Counted from the first letter of the stretch, positions 51,688 to 61,105 are shown. The stretch: DNA of 64,000 bases from Methanothrix sp. (GCA_040770465.1 JAXGJB010000003.1:50421-114420), one strand, 5' to 3'. Translations and numbers: made by a program. Notes: generated from the sequence alone by a model not told the origin.

Positions 51688-51882
51688 ATTCCAGCACCTC
51701 CAAGAAATTTCGATAATTCTTTATTGCTTGGAGCACATAAATACTTTATCTTGTTTTTCTTAAGTGTCTCAATATCGATCACGTTTCTGGAATAGCTGGA
51801 TGGGCATAAATCCGATTTATGGGATCGACTGGGAGGATGTACCCGATGGTGAATATATCCGCCAGTTCTCGTCGTAGGAGGC

Positions 51883-51906
51883 TGGTCCAGGAGATCTCCT
51901 GGACCA
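51883..51906. repeat. Perfect 24-bp palindrome TGGTCCAGGAGATCTCCTGGACCA
   Basis: Self-complementary; just downstream of RDD copy 3. Confidence 0.9.
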
Positions 51907-51923
51907 TTTCGGGACGTCATCGA

Positions 51924-52385
51924 TTACGTCTTGACCACGTAGGTTCCGGCGATCTTGTCGTGCCACCCCTGCCTCTTCTTGTCGATCAGGATCCAGATGT
52001 ATCCCAGTAAAAATACCATCCCCGATATCTCCATCCCGACCCACCGGATGAACCCCTTTTTATATCCGACCGGCTCGACCCCGTCCGCCCGGATCAGCTT
52101 TATCTCCACCAGCTTCATCCCCGGAGTCTGCCCGTTGCCGAAGAAGTAGGTGAAGTATCCTATCCCGATCGCCGCCGTGAGGACGTAGACCGCGTAAAAG
52201 GTCATCGGGAATTCGCCGCCGGAAATGGCCTTCTCTTCGATCGGGACTCCGAAAAGAAAGGTCATGGCGATGTAAATGATGCTCAAGACCACTGCGTCCA
52301 CCAGGTAAGACGCCAGCCTCTGCCCGACGCCGGCAAGATCCAGATCTGGACCCACTTTCTCCGCTTGGGGAACTGCTTCATCCAT
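51924..52385 (-). CDS. RDD family membrane protein (copy 3)
   Basis: Same motifs as copies 1 and 2. Confidence 0.9.
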   Translation of the reverse strand: MDEAVPQAEKVGPDLDLAGVGQRLASYLVDAVVLSIIYIAMTFLFGVPIEEKAISGGEFPMTFYAVYVLTAAIGIGYFTYFFGNGQTPGMKLVEIKLIRADGVEPVGYKKGFIRWVGMEISGMVFLLGYIWILIDKKRQGWHDKIAGTYVVKT

Positions 52386-52624
52386 TTTTACCACCAGCAA
52401 CAAAAGGCCTCTGGGAGCTAATTTCGCCAAGCCGATATAAGTAATTATCACATCGAGAATTTTAAATGAAATTTTTCTGAGGAATGGAGAAGCCCTCTGG
52501 GGCTGCCGTTCGAATGACGAAAATTGAAAGAAAAGACCGCTACACTCTACAACCGGGGATCGATCGAAGAGGAAGATTAACGAGGAGGATTAAAGAGAAA
52601 AAGATGAGAACGGACCCTGAGAGG

Positions 52625-52810
52625 TCATACCTCCCAGGCCGCGATCACCTTCTCGATGTTCACGTAGTCTCTTCTTCCTTTGCTCTCCAGGACCAGGACG
52701 CCGTCGGCGGAGCCCACCACCTTGCCGCGAAGCCGCTGGTTTCCGTCTCCGCCGAAGTAGACCTCTACATCCTTGTTGTACAGATGCTCGGATATGAATT
52801 TGTCCATCAT
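52625..52810 (-). CDS. Small Sm/LSm-like fold protein
   Basis: VEVY.....LRGKV....DGVLVLE......YVNIEKV pattern; GAGG RBS. Confidence 0.6.
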   Translation of the reverse strand: MMDKFISEHLYNKDVEVYFGGDGNQRLRGKVVGSADGVLVLESKGRRDYVNIEKVIAAWEV

Positions 52811-53311
52811 GGATTCCTCACCTCAAAGGAGCTTTTTAGCAATAATGCGGCTTTAAACTAGATATAACTTGTGGTTAAGCTCAAAATATGGCTCTAAAAT
52901 CCAAAAAAACAAACCAAAATTTAAATCAACTTGATTAAATGATTTTAAGTCGGATCAACCGAGGTTGTTGATCTGAAAATCTTTCTCCAAGTCAAGTTGG
53001 GTTTAATGTCTCAAAGGTCGGTAAAAAGGAAGTGGTTCCGGCTAACTGGGCTTAAGTGCCCTCAAATTTCCGTCAATCCAGAGCCGCAAGAGATCATAAT
53101 CCCACTGGTCTAAAATGGCCATCGAGATACAGAATCGATAGCCTTTTCCGTATCCCATCAAAATTCTGAAAGAAAAGTGCTTGCCATCTAAATCGTCGGT
53201 ATGCCCTCCAGACAGATATTAGTAGAAAACTATTTCTTGTTCGAATTTCATATGGAGATGTGCCTCAACCAGACACTCGAAACGAAAAGAGATGGTAAAG
53301 AGATGGTAAAA

Positions 53312-54412
53312 ATGGACTTTATTGACAAGATACGTGAGTTGTCAGCTCGCATACCAAAGCAGATAGAATTTATCCAGACTGAAGAAGCGACAAAGAACGC
53401 GTTGATCATGCCTTTTATCGACGCTCTAGGTTATAATATATTCGACCCAACCGAAGTCATACCTGAATTTAATGCAGATGTGGGGACTAAAAAGGGTGAA
53501 AAAGTCGATTATGCCATTTTAATGGATGGAAAGCCGATAATGCTCTTTGAATGCAAATCCTGCGGCAGCGAACTGGATAATGGGCATGCATCGCAGCTTT
53601 ATCGCTACTTTTCAGTTACAGAGGCCAGATTTGGGGTTTTGACCAATGGGATCACCTACCAATTCTATTCTGATTTGGATGAGCAGAACAAGATGGATTC
53701 AAAGCCATTCTTTGAGTTTAACATGCTAGAAATCAAAGAACCCTTCGTAGAAGAGCTCAAAAAGTTCACAAAATCATTCTTTGATCTGGATAACATCCTA
53801 ACCACCGCGAGCGAACTCAAGTATACAAGAGAAATCGAACGAATCATAGCCGAACAGATGAATGACCCAGCGGACGAATTCGTGAAATTTTTTGCATCGC
53901 AGGTCTATCACGGTAGAATGACTCAGCCTGTGAGAGAACAGTTCGCTCAGATCACGAAACAGGCATTAAAGCAGTTTATCAACGATAGAATCAGCGAGAG
54001 ACTGAAATCAGCTCTAGAATCTACAGATACACCGGAAAAAGATGCACAAACCGAAGGATACCCAGTTCAAAATCCTGTGGATATTGAAGGCGAACGAAAA
54101 AGTGGGATCGAAACCACTGAGAGGGAAATGGAAGGATATTATATCGTTAAGTCCATCCTACGAGAGGTCCTAGATCCTAAACGGGTGTCAATCCGAGATA
54201 CCAAGAGCTACTGCGGAATTCTTCTCGACGACAACAACCGCAAACCCATATGTCGCCTTCGATTCAACAGTTCACAGATGTATCTGGGACTCATCGACGA
54301 GACTAAACAGGAAGAAACGGTTCCTATTGGCGACGTAAACGAGATCTATAATTATGCGGACAGGCTTAAAGCAACTATAGGTTATTATGAAGGTCAAGGG
54401 GCAACGGATTAG
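53312..54412 (+). CDS. HsdR N-terminal-domain (type I restriction-like) PD-(D/E)xK nuclease protein
   Basis: TEEATK, EVIPEF, EKVDYA, ECK, QLYRYF, LTNG; no helicase motor; AT-rich. Confidence 0.85.
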   Translation: MDFIDKIRELSARIPKQIEFIQTEEATKNALIMPFIDALGYNIFDPTEVIPEFNADVGTKKGEKVDYAILMDGKPIMLFECKSCGSELDNGHASQLYRYFSVTEARFGVLTNGITYQFYSDLDEQNKMDSKPFFEFNMLEIKEPFVEELKKFTKSFFDLDNILTTASELKYTREIERIIAEQMNDPADEFVKFFASQVYHGRMTQPVREQFAQITKQALKQFINDRISERLKSALESTDTPEKDAQTEGYPVQNPVDIEGERKSGIETTEREMEGYYIVKSILREVLDPKRVSIRDTKSYCGILLDDNNRKPICRLRFNSSQMYLGLIDETKQEETVPIGDVNEIYNYADRLKATIGYYEGQGATD

Positions 54413-54707
54413 ACCGATATCCTGATAGGCCTAACCGGCGGCGATGATACCTTCCTAAGAGAATTAGTGGTGCCCGTTCTTCGGGCATCTCATCCCCACC
54501 GTGATTTTTCGTCAATTCGTAGCCGCAAGAGATCCGGAATCCTGCTGGCCTGTTAGGGAAACCAAGACCTGGATCTGATAGCTATCTGGCCCCTCCACCT
54601 TTACATCCACGGCCGTTTGGGTCCATCCCTGGGAGGGGCGCTGCGACCGTCAGGATGCCGGGGATGGTGTGATCGACATCGATCCCGCAGGATTTTAGAG
54701 CCGGAGA

Positions 54708-55544
54708 TCATCCGGACACCTTTGGTCTTCCGGAGCCCGAGAAGGTCCCCGAATTCCTCCATTCCGTCCTCTCAGCCCGCCTTATGGCGTCCTCCACCGC
54801 CTCCCGAATTATGTAGCCGGCCTTGTGGAGGATGGTATCTTTCAGCTCGGGGTCCTGGTCCATGCTGGCGGTGCAGGGGTAGGCGTGGTGTGCCTCGGAG
54901 ATCCTCTCCCGGAGGTCGGGCTGATCGGTCTCTAGGCCCGTCATCCTCTTTGCGACGTACCAGGTGGAGCCGCACGGCGCGCTGCGGATGACGTTGGCGG
55001 CGAGGATCGTCTCCTTCCCCGCCCGGCTTCTCTGGGTCAGGATCTCGATCCTCGGCTCGCCGAAGTGGGCCTTCTTCATGAAGGCCGCGATGGTGGGCAT
55101 CGCCGGATCGGGGACGAGGGCGCAGAAGGGCTTGGCGAAGGCGGCCTCTAGATCGATCCGTTTCGCCTCCTCGGCGAGCTGGGTCCGAAGCCCCAGTGGC
55201 AGCTCCTGGGGCCGTTCGGACCCGCCGATGATCCCACGATACCCCTTTTCTTTTAGCACTGGGAGGAGGCCGAAGATGATGTCTGGGTGGACGTTGACGA
55301 CGATGGCGACGTCGGCCTCCGGTATGTCCTGAGGGATGTGGGGCTCGACGTCGTCGATGAAGTCGTCGAGGGTCTCAGGGTCGGGCATCTCGATGATCGA
55401 TACCAGGTCGTCGGCCATGCCGTACTTTCCCGACTTGCAGAGGGTGCAGGCGTCACCGCAGGATATGCAGAAGCCCGAGAAGTTGATCAGGTTGCCGATG
55501 AGGGTTCGTCCAAACTCGCCGCTGTAGAAGACCACGACCTTCAT
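54708..55544 (-). CDS. DUF166 family protein
   Basis: HPDI, PFCAL, RSAPCGST.YVA, YPC.ASM, LHKAG. Confidence 0.8.
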   Translation of the reverse strand: MKVVVFYSGEFGRTLIGNLINFSGFCISCGDACTLCKSGKYGMADDLVSIIEMPDPETLDDFIDDVEPHIPQDIPEADVAIVVNVHPDIIFGLLPVLKEKGYRGIIGGSERPQELPLGLRTQLAEEAKRIDLEAAFAKPFCALVPDPAMPTIAAFMKKAHFGEPRIEILTQRSRAGKETILAANVIRSAPCGSTWYVAKRMTGLETDQPDLRERISEAHHAYPCTASMDQDPELKDTILHKAGYIIREAVEDAIRRAERTEWRNSGTFSGSGRPKVSG

Positions 55545-55637
55545 GTTCCTCCTCTTTTGTGGTCCATGGTATCTATTCCTTCCTCTCTTCCCTACTCCCC
55601 TCCCTATCCCCTCTTCCATGCTCCCCCTATCCCCTCC

Positions 55638-55955
55638 CTATCTCTTCCCCTCTTCCTCAGATCGCAAAGCCCTCGCCACCAGCTCTTTCAGCCCCGGGAC
55701 CTCTGCGAGAAGCTCGTCGAGGGAGACCTCCTCTCCACCGACGTCCAGGGCCACCGCCCCTCCGGGCCCCACCGCCACCACCGCATTCGCCCTCTTCGTC
55801 CCGGCGAAGGTCGCCGTCTCGCCCCGGACCATCGAGAACGAATGGACTTCAGCCACGGGGATGAGGGCGAACTCGCCGACCTTGAGGGTTTCGTCTGCTC
55901 GAAGCGTCCTTCCACTCATCAGGTCGTTCATCCGACCGTCCATTCGACCGTTCAT
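55638..55955 (-). CDS. Hypothetical protein (YtfJ/GerW-like)
   Basis: LIPVAEV...AVVAV pattern; host-like codon usage. Confidence 0.5.
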   Translation of the reverse strand: MNGRMDGRMNDLMSGRTLRADETLKVGEFALIPVAEVHSFSMVRGETATFAGTKRANAVVAVGPGGAVALDVGGEEVSLDELLAEVPGLKELVARALRSEEEGKR

Positions 55956-56011
55956 CTGATCACCATTTATCTATAGTTGCGTTTTCGTACAAAAATGGCG
56001 AGGGTGAGAGG

Positions 56012-57499
56012 ATGGACGACGATCTCAGCGGCATAGAGCCCCAGATCCTCTGGGGGCATTTCGACGAGCTCAGGAAGATCCCCCGCTGTTCCAAGCACGA
56101 GGCGCGGGCGGCGGAGTACGTCGTCTCCGTCGCAAGGCGGCTTTGGCTGGACTGCGAGACCGACGGCGCCGGGAACGTCCTGGTGAGGGCTGCTGCGACC
56201 CCCGGAAGGGAGGGGTCGCCAAAGGTCCTCCTCCAGTCCCACCTGGATATGGTCTGCGAGAAGAACAAGGATGTTGACCACGACTTCTCAAAAGATCCCA
56301 TCAGGGTCGTAGTCGAGGACGGCTTCGTCTCGGCTCGGGGTACGACCCTGGGCGCCGACAACGGGATCGGGGTTGCAGCGGCCCTCACGGTCCTGGAGGA
56401 CCCCGAGGCGATCCACGGGCCCCTGGAACTTCTCTTCACCGTCGACGAGGAGGAGGGGATGTCCGGGGCGAGGGGGCTTCAGGATGGCGAGATCGAGGCG
56501 AAGATGATGATCAACCTGGACACCGAGGACCCCCACGCCGTCTACGTCGGCTGTGCTGGCGGCGAGAGCTCTCACCTCCGACTGCCCGTCAGATGGGTGC
56601 GCCCGGCGCGCCCCGACCGGGGCGAGGTGGCGGCCACGGAAGCCTTCGAGGTCGCCCTCAAGGGGCTGAAGGGCGGCCACTCTGGCGTTGACATCAGCCT
56701 TGAGAGGGGGAACGCCATCAAGCTCCTCGGCGTCATCCTCTGGGAGGCGGGTGAAAGGGTCCCCTTTTGCCTTGTGTCCATCAGGGGTGGGGAGAAGCAC
56801 AACGCCATCCCTCGGGAGGCGGAGGCTCACGTCGTCCTGCCTCGGGATGGGGCTGAGGAGTTTCGATCTCTGGTGGAGGCGGCCGGGCGTGCCCTCCAGG
56901 AGGAGTACCGCACGGTGGACCCAGATCTGGCGGTGGAGGTATCGCCCCTTTCCCCTCCTGAAAGGGTCATGACCCCTGAGGACTCAAAGCGGGCCGTCGG
57001 CCTCATCATGACCCTTCCGAACGGGATCCTCCGCTGGAGCCCCGAGATCCCCGACCTCGTCGAGACCTCGACGAACCTCTCGGTCGTCTTCACCGAGGAG
57101 GACCACATCTTCCTCCAGCTCGCCTCCCGATCGTCATCGGGGGTCGGCCTGAAGACGACGACCGGAAGGATCCGGGCGGCGGCGGCTCTGGCGGGGGCGA
57201 AGGTCGAGAGGGGGGACAGCTATCCGGGAAGGCTTCCAAAGCTCGACTCAAAGCTCCTCGCAGCCTGCAAGGCCGCCCATCGAGGGCTATTCGGCCGGGA
57301 GCCGGAGGTAAGGTCGATTCACGCCGGCCTTGAGATAGGGATCATCGGTGAGAAGTTTCCGGATATGGATATGGTATCTCTGGGAACGACGATCGAGCAC
57401 CCCCACTCTCCGAACGAGAGAGTGAAGATCTCGGCGGTGGAGGAGTTCTACCGGTTCGTCCTGGCGGCGCTGGAGAAGGTTTCGGAGAGGGTGGGGTAA
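56012..57499 (+). CDS. pepD: Aminoacyl-histidine dipeptidase (M20C)
   Basis: QSHLDMV, LGADNGIG, DEE.G, NLDTE, GGHSG, IHAGLE, PHSP.E. Confidence 0.93.
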   Translation: MDDDLSGIEPQILWGHFDELRKIPRCSKHEARAAEYVVSVARRLWLDCETDGAGNVLVRAAATPGREGSPKVLLQSHLDMVCEKNKDVDHDFSKDPIRVVVEDGFVSARGTTLGADNGIGVAAALTVLEDPEAIHGPLELLFTVDEEEGMSGARGLQDGEIEAKMMINLDTEDPHAVYVGCAGGESSHLRLPVRWVRPARPDRGEVAATEAFEVALKGLKGGHSGVDISLERGNAIKLLGVILWEAGERVPFCLVSIRGGEKHNAIPREAEAHVVLPRDGAEEFRSLVEAAGRALQEEYRTVDPDLAVEVSPLSPPERVMTPEDSKRAVGLIMTLPNGILRWSPEIPDLVETSTNLSVVFTEEDHIFLQLASRSSSGVGLKTTTGRIRAAAALAGAKVERGDSYPGRLPKLDSKLLAACKAAHRGLFGREPEVRSIHAGLEIGIIGEKFPDMDMVSLGTTIEHPHSPNERVKISAVEEFYRFVLAALEKVSERVG

Positions 57500-57529
57500 A
57501 GTCCGAGGAGGTGAATTGGAGGGGGGGCG

Positions 57530-57628
57530 GAAGTCGACGGGCTCAAGGAACACCAGGTCCGGACGGCGGAGGAGCTGGACGCGCTCCTCCCGGCGGTGCT
57601 GGAGGGGGCCTTCCGGGGCCAGCTCTGA
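57530..57628 (+). pseudogene. 3'-end remnant of a type I R-M specificity subunit (hsdS), copy 1
   Basis: Translates EVDGLKEHQVRTAEELDALLPAVLEGAFRGQL*. Confidence 0.7.
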
Positions 57629-57760
57629 TCCCGCGCCGCCGGGCGGGGCGGCCCAGGCGAAGGCGCCACGAAGACGGGCAGGGGAATGAAACTAAAGATC
57701 TGAAGTTGATGAAAATCTCTATATGATCTTAAAACCGTATTAGAAGGCGGAGGTTATGTT

Positions 57761-58549
57761 GTGGGTGCAAAGATCTCGATTTTGTTCGTAATCGGCATTC
57801 TGGCATCGGTCCTGCCCGTCTACGGTGGGTCGCTGTTGGCCCAGTGGTCTATCGAAGACCAGGCCAGCGGCATCGCCGTCGGTCCAGGCGGCGAGGTCTA
57901 CGTAAACATCAACCAGAATTACAAAGTAGTGAAGTATTCGTCCGAGGGCGAGATGCTGACGGAGTGGTTCCTGGAGGGCGCGGCAAACGGAATCGCCACG
58001 GGACCCGAAGGCGAGGTCTACGTAAACATCAACCAGAATTACAAAGTAGTGAAGTATTCGTCCGAGGGCGAGATGCTGACGGAGTGGCCCCTGGAGGGCA
58101 CAGCAAACGGAATCGCCACGGGGCCCGAAGGCGAGGTCTACGTAAACATCAACCAGAATTACAAAGTAGTGAAGTATTCGTCTGAGGGCGAGATGCTGAC
58201 GGAGTGGCCCCTGGAGGGCACAGCAAACGGAATCGCCACGGGGCCCGGTGGTGAGGTCTACGTAAACATCAACCAGAATTACAAAGTGCTGAAGTACTCG
58301 TCCGAGGGCGAGAAGCTCGCAGAATGGGACGTCGACGGTGTTATTGAGACAAACGGCATCGCTGTCGGACCTGGGGGCGAGGTATACGTAACCATCAACA
58401 ACAACCACAAGGTGGTGAAGTATTCGTCCGAGGGCGAGCTGCTGGACGAATGGAACGTGGATGGAGTGATGAACGGCATAGCCGCGGGGCCGAACGGTCT
58501 CGTTTACATCACCTTCACAAACCGTATGATTCAGGTCTTTGGGGCCTGA
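57761..58549 (+). CDS. Secreted NHL-type six-bladed beta-propeller protein
   Basis: Signal peptide and 40-aa repeats GIA.GP.GEVYV....N.KVVKYSSEGE.L.EW. Confidence 0.88.
   Translation: MGAKISILFVIGILASVLPVYGGSLLAQWSIEDQASGIAVGPGGEVYVNINQNYKVVKYSSEGEMLTEWFLEGAANGIATGPEGEVYVNINQNYKVVKYSSEGEMLTEWPLEGTANGIATGPEGEVYVNINQNYKVVKYSSEGEMLTEWPLEGTANGIATGPGGEVYVNINQNYKVLKYSSEGEKLAEWDVDGVIETNGIAVGPGGEVYVTINNNHKVVKYSSEGELLDEWNVDGVMNGIAAGPNGLVYITFTNRMIQVFGA
57891..58310 (+). repeat. Near-identical 120-bp intragenic tandem repeats
   Basis: GAGGTCTACGTAAACATCAACCAGAATTACAAAGT recurs at 57893, 58013, 58133 and 58253. Confidence 0.95.
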
Positions 58550-58734
58550 TCAGGGACTATTCGATCCTCTTAGGCAGATCGACCATAAGACGACCACAGC
58601 CACATGCGCCACTGCTGAAAGAAGAGATCCCCAGATCGGCCGGGGACGGGCCCCGCTCCACGGATGCGAGGCCCGCGATTTCATAATTTTCGTCCTAATT
58701 TCTCTAAGTGCCTTTTCCTTCCCCATATCTTCTC

Positions 58735-58872
58735 CAGCTCCGCATCGTCGCTCGCCTCGATGAGCTCCAGCCCCAGGTCGACAGGCTCAAGAGACATCAG
58801 GTCCGGACGGCGGAGGAGCTGGACGCGCTCCTCCCGTCGGTGCTGGAGGGGGCATTCCGGGGCCAGCTCTGA
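58735..58872 (+). pseudogene. 3'-end remnant of hsdS, copy 2
   Basis: Translates QLRIVARLDELQPQVDRLKRHQVRTAEELDALLPSVLEGAFRGQL*. Confidence 0.75.
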
Positions 58873-59670
58873 TCGGCGCCGCCCGGCGTATTCTATCCAT
58901 CTTATAAATATATTGAAATCTGCAGCGCGTTTCGATAACTCATCTATCGTCCTTTCTATCTATCAGTCGGATATGACCTATCGTCGCGACGATAGAATCT
59001 TTAAGATTGATTTATAGGCCGTCCCCCTCATCGGACCCGGAGACTTGAATTTTAATAGGTCATCCCTGGCGAATTTGACCCTATCCCAGCCGCAGGATTC
59101 TATGTACCTCATCAGGATTCTGGGGGTTATCTCCCTTGTTTTGTCTCCGGATGGCGACGAGCTTCGGGTCACTGAAGATCCCCCCCAGGGCCAGAAGTGC
59201 CCACAAAGCCAGCAGAGTTCACAGTGCCGGCGGAGAGGCATTTTGTGATCTTCGAATTAAATATTATATAAAATGTATTCTCATATTGTTTTAAAATTGC
59301 CGTCCGATCTCGACAGGTTCTATGCTGAAATTTTGGCAGTTTTCCGCTGTCAAAACTGAGGATGTTTTTCATATCGATGTCGCACTCGCGTCCGCAATTT
59401 CCACAGCTTGCGCCGTCACGCCTCCCGCGGAATGCCACCGCTAAGATGCTGGCTGTTCTCGGGTCATCTTGGCGATTCAGGAGGGCGAGTTTCATCCGAT
59501 TACCCAAATCCTTTTTGGATGCTAAATCCGCCCTCCTGCTAAAAAAGATTGCGGCCATATGGGCGACCTGCTGTGGGCCGACGACAACAATTATATAATT
59601 TCAATATTATAACCCAGGCGGCGCAAAAGCCGGGGCAACCCACCTTCCCCTTCATTCTTCGCCTCCAGGC

Positions 59671-59715
59671 ATTGCCGATAAACCGCAGATATATTGCCGA
59701 TAAATTGCCGATAAA
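59671..59715. repeat. Three copies of ATTGCCGATAAA
   Basis: Exact 12-mers at 59671, 59693 and 59704. Confidence 0.8.
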
Positions 59716-59896
59716 TCGCGGGACCGCCCTCGCTTCGAGGTGTCAGCCACCACCAGCCAGCCGTCCTCGATCCACCATCGGGCCAGAGAAGTAGCGATGG
59801 TGAAGGCTCTCCCTGCGAGTTCCGTGGATATTCATCTCTCCTCTGACCGAATCCTCTTCGCGGGTCAATTTCAGCTGCAAACCGGTGGCAGTTCTG

Positions 59897-60163
59897 TTAC
59901 AGTTCTCTGTATGCAATGCTCCGGTGTCGCACGTAAAATACGACGATCTCCCGCGCCTCGTGGTCTATCTTGTATATGATGCGGTAATCGCCAGCTCGAA
60001 CCCGATAGAAACCTTCAGTGCCGTAAAGCTTTCTCGCTCCCCTGGGAATGGGATCGAGAGAGAGGCTCTCAATGCCCTCCAGGATGTGAGATGCTCTATC
60101 CTTTGGAAGTTTCCGAAAGTCCTTCTCCACGCTGGCTTTGAAGGTGATGGTATAGTCGCCCAT
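59897..60163 (-). CDS. RelE/ParE-family toxin
   Basis: Y.I.F...EKD..KL, P.GARKL.G, YRVRAGDYRIIY, V.HR. Confidence 0.9.
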   Translation of the reverse strand: MGDYTITFKASVEKDFRKLPKDRASHILEGIESLSLDPIPRGARKLYGTEGFYRVRAGDYRIIYKIDHEAREIVVFYVRHRSIAYREL

Positions 60164-60169
60164 TCGCCA

Positions 60170-60340
60170 TCACAGGCGTCTCTTCATCTCTTCCAAGCTG
60201 ATGCACTTCTCGTCTTTCCGGTCAGCGATCACCGAGAGATCGTGAAGATCCTCCTGCAGCTTTTCGTACTCGTCCAGGGGGAGGATGACCGCGACCTTCT
60301 GGCCTTTCTCATCAACTACATACTGCTCTGCAGCGCCCAA
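60170..60340 (-). CDS. Cognate 56-aa antitoxin (not in the ORF track)
   Basis: GAGGTGG RBS and TTG start: MGAAEQYVVDEKGQKVAVILPLDEYEKLQEDLHDLSVIADRKDEKCISLEEMKRRL. Confidence 0.8.
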   Translation of the reverse strand: MGAAEQYVVDEKGQKVAVILPLDEYEKLQEDLHDLSVIADRKDEKCISLEEMKRRL

Positions 60341-60652
60341 GGGACCACCTCAATACAGGTTAGTATGTTTCTCTCGGTATAACCGGTTTTCGTGGTTGGA
60401 GGTCGACATGCTTGAATCAAACGCGGGATGTATTCATCGCCCTCGATCCGGGTGGTGTGGTGAGCCGATGGGCGCGGGCCCGGCGGCGGAGCTTTCGCCT
60501 CCGCGGCCAGGGGGGGGGTCTCGGCTACCACCGCTCTCGCGGCCTCGATCTCCATCAGGGACCGGGCTATGGCGGGGGTGATGACGCGGTGTTTTGCCTC
60601 TCAATAAAATTGACATGGGGCTTGTAATCGAATGCCCCTTCAGAAATCAAAC

Positions 60653-60874
60653 TTAAACGGCCTCTACTCGAACCTTTCCTATGAAAAGGCTCTCTTCGAC
60701 TGGAGCAGCCATCTCTTCTTCCTTCAGGGCCATGAGATGAGCTTCGATGGCCTCCTTGGTGTTTTTAAGGGTCTCATCGATCGTCTCCCCCTGAGAGTAG
60801 CAGCCCGGAAGCGCAGGAACTTCGGACCAGTAGCCACCTTCTTCAGCCGTGTGTATCAAAATCGTATATTCCAA
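60653..60874 (-). CDS. hicB: HicB-family antitoxin
   Basis: EEGGY..VP.LPGC.SQGET..E...N..EAI. Confidence 0.9.
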   Translation of the reverse strand: MEYTILIHTAEEGGYWSEVPALPGCYSQGETIDETLKNTKEAIEAHLMALKEEEMAAPVEESLFIGKVRVEAV

Positions 60875-60880
60875 GATCTA

Positions 60881-61105
60881 TCACCCCTTCAAGAGCCCGA
60901 TAAACTCGTTATCATCCATTCCAGCCTTTTTAATGACAGATTTGAGAAGGCCTATCTTCAGATCGCCGGAGATGGGAATGGTAATGATCTGCCCGTTTGG
61001 CATCTTGATATTAACATGGTCGCCTTTACCGCGGCGAACAACTCCTCCCGCCATGACAAAGGCTTTGATGGCGTCTTTCCCACTCACGTTCCGAAGTTGG
61101 CTCAC
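60881..61105 (-). CDS. hicA: HicA-family toxin
   Basis: VSGKD.IK, R.KGDH, L..GLL..VIK.AG. Confidence 0.85.
   Translation of the reverse strand: MSQLRNVSGKDAIKAFVMAGGVVRRGKGDHVNIKMPNGQIITIPISGDLKIGLLKSVIKKAGMDDNEFIGLLKG

Noticed and set aside
51140-51930. RDD-associated palindromes as integron attC sites
   Set aside because: No paired RYYYAAC/GTTRRRY boxes or extrahelical bases, and no integrase is visible.
57891-58310. Regular repeats resembling a CRISPR array
   Set aside because: The 120-nt units are in-frame coding repeats with no unique spacers and no cas genes.
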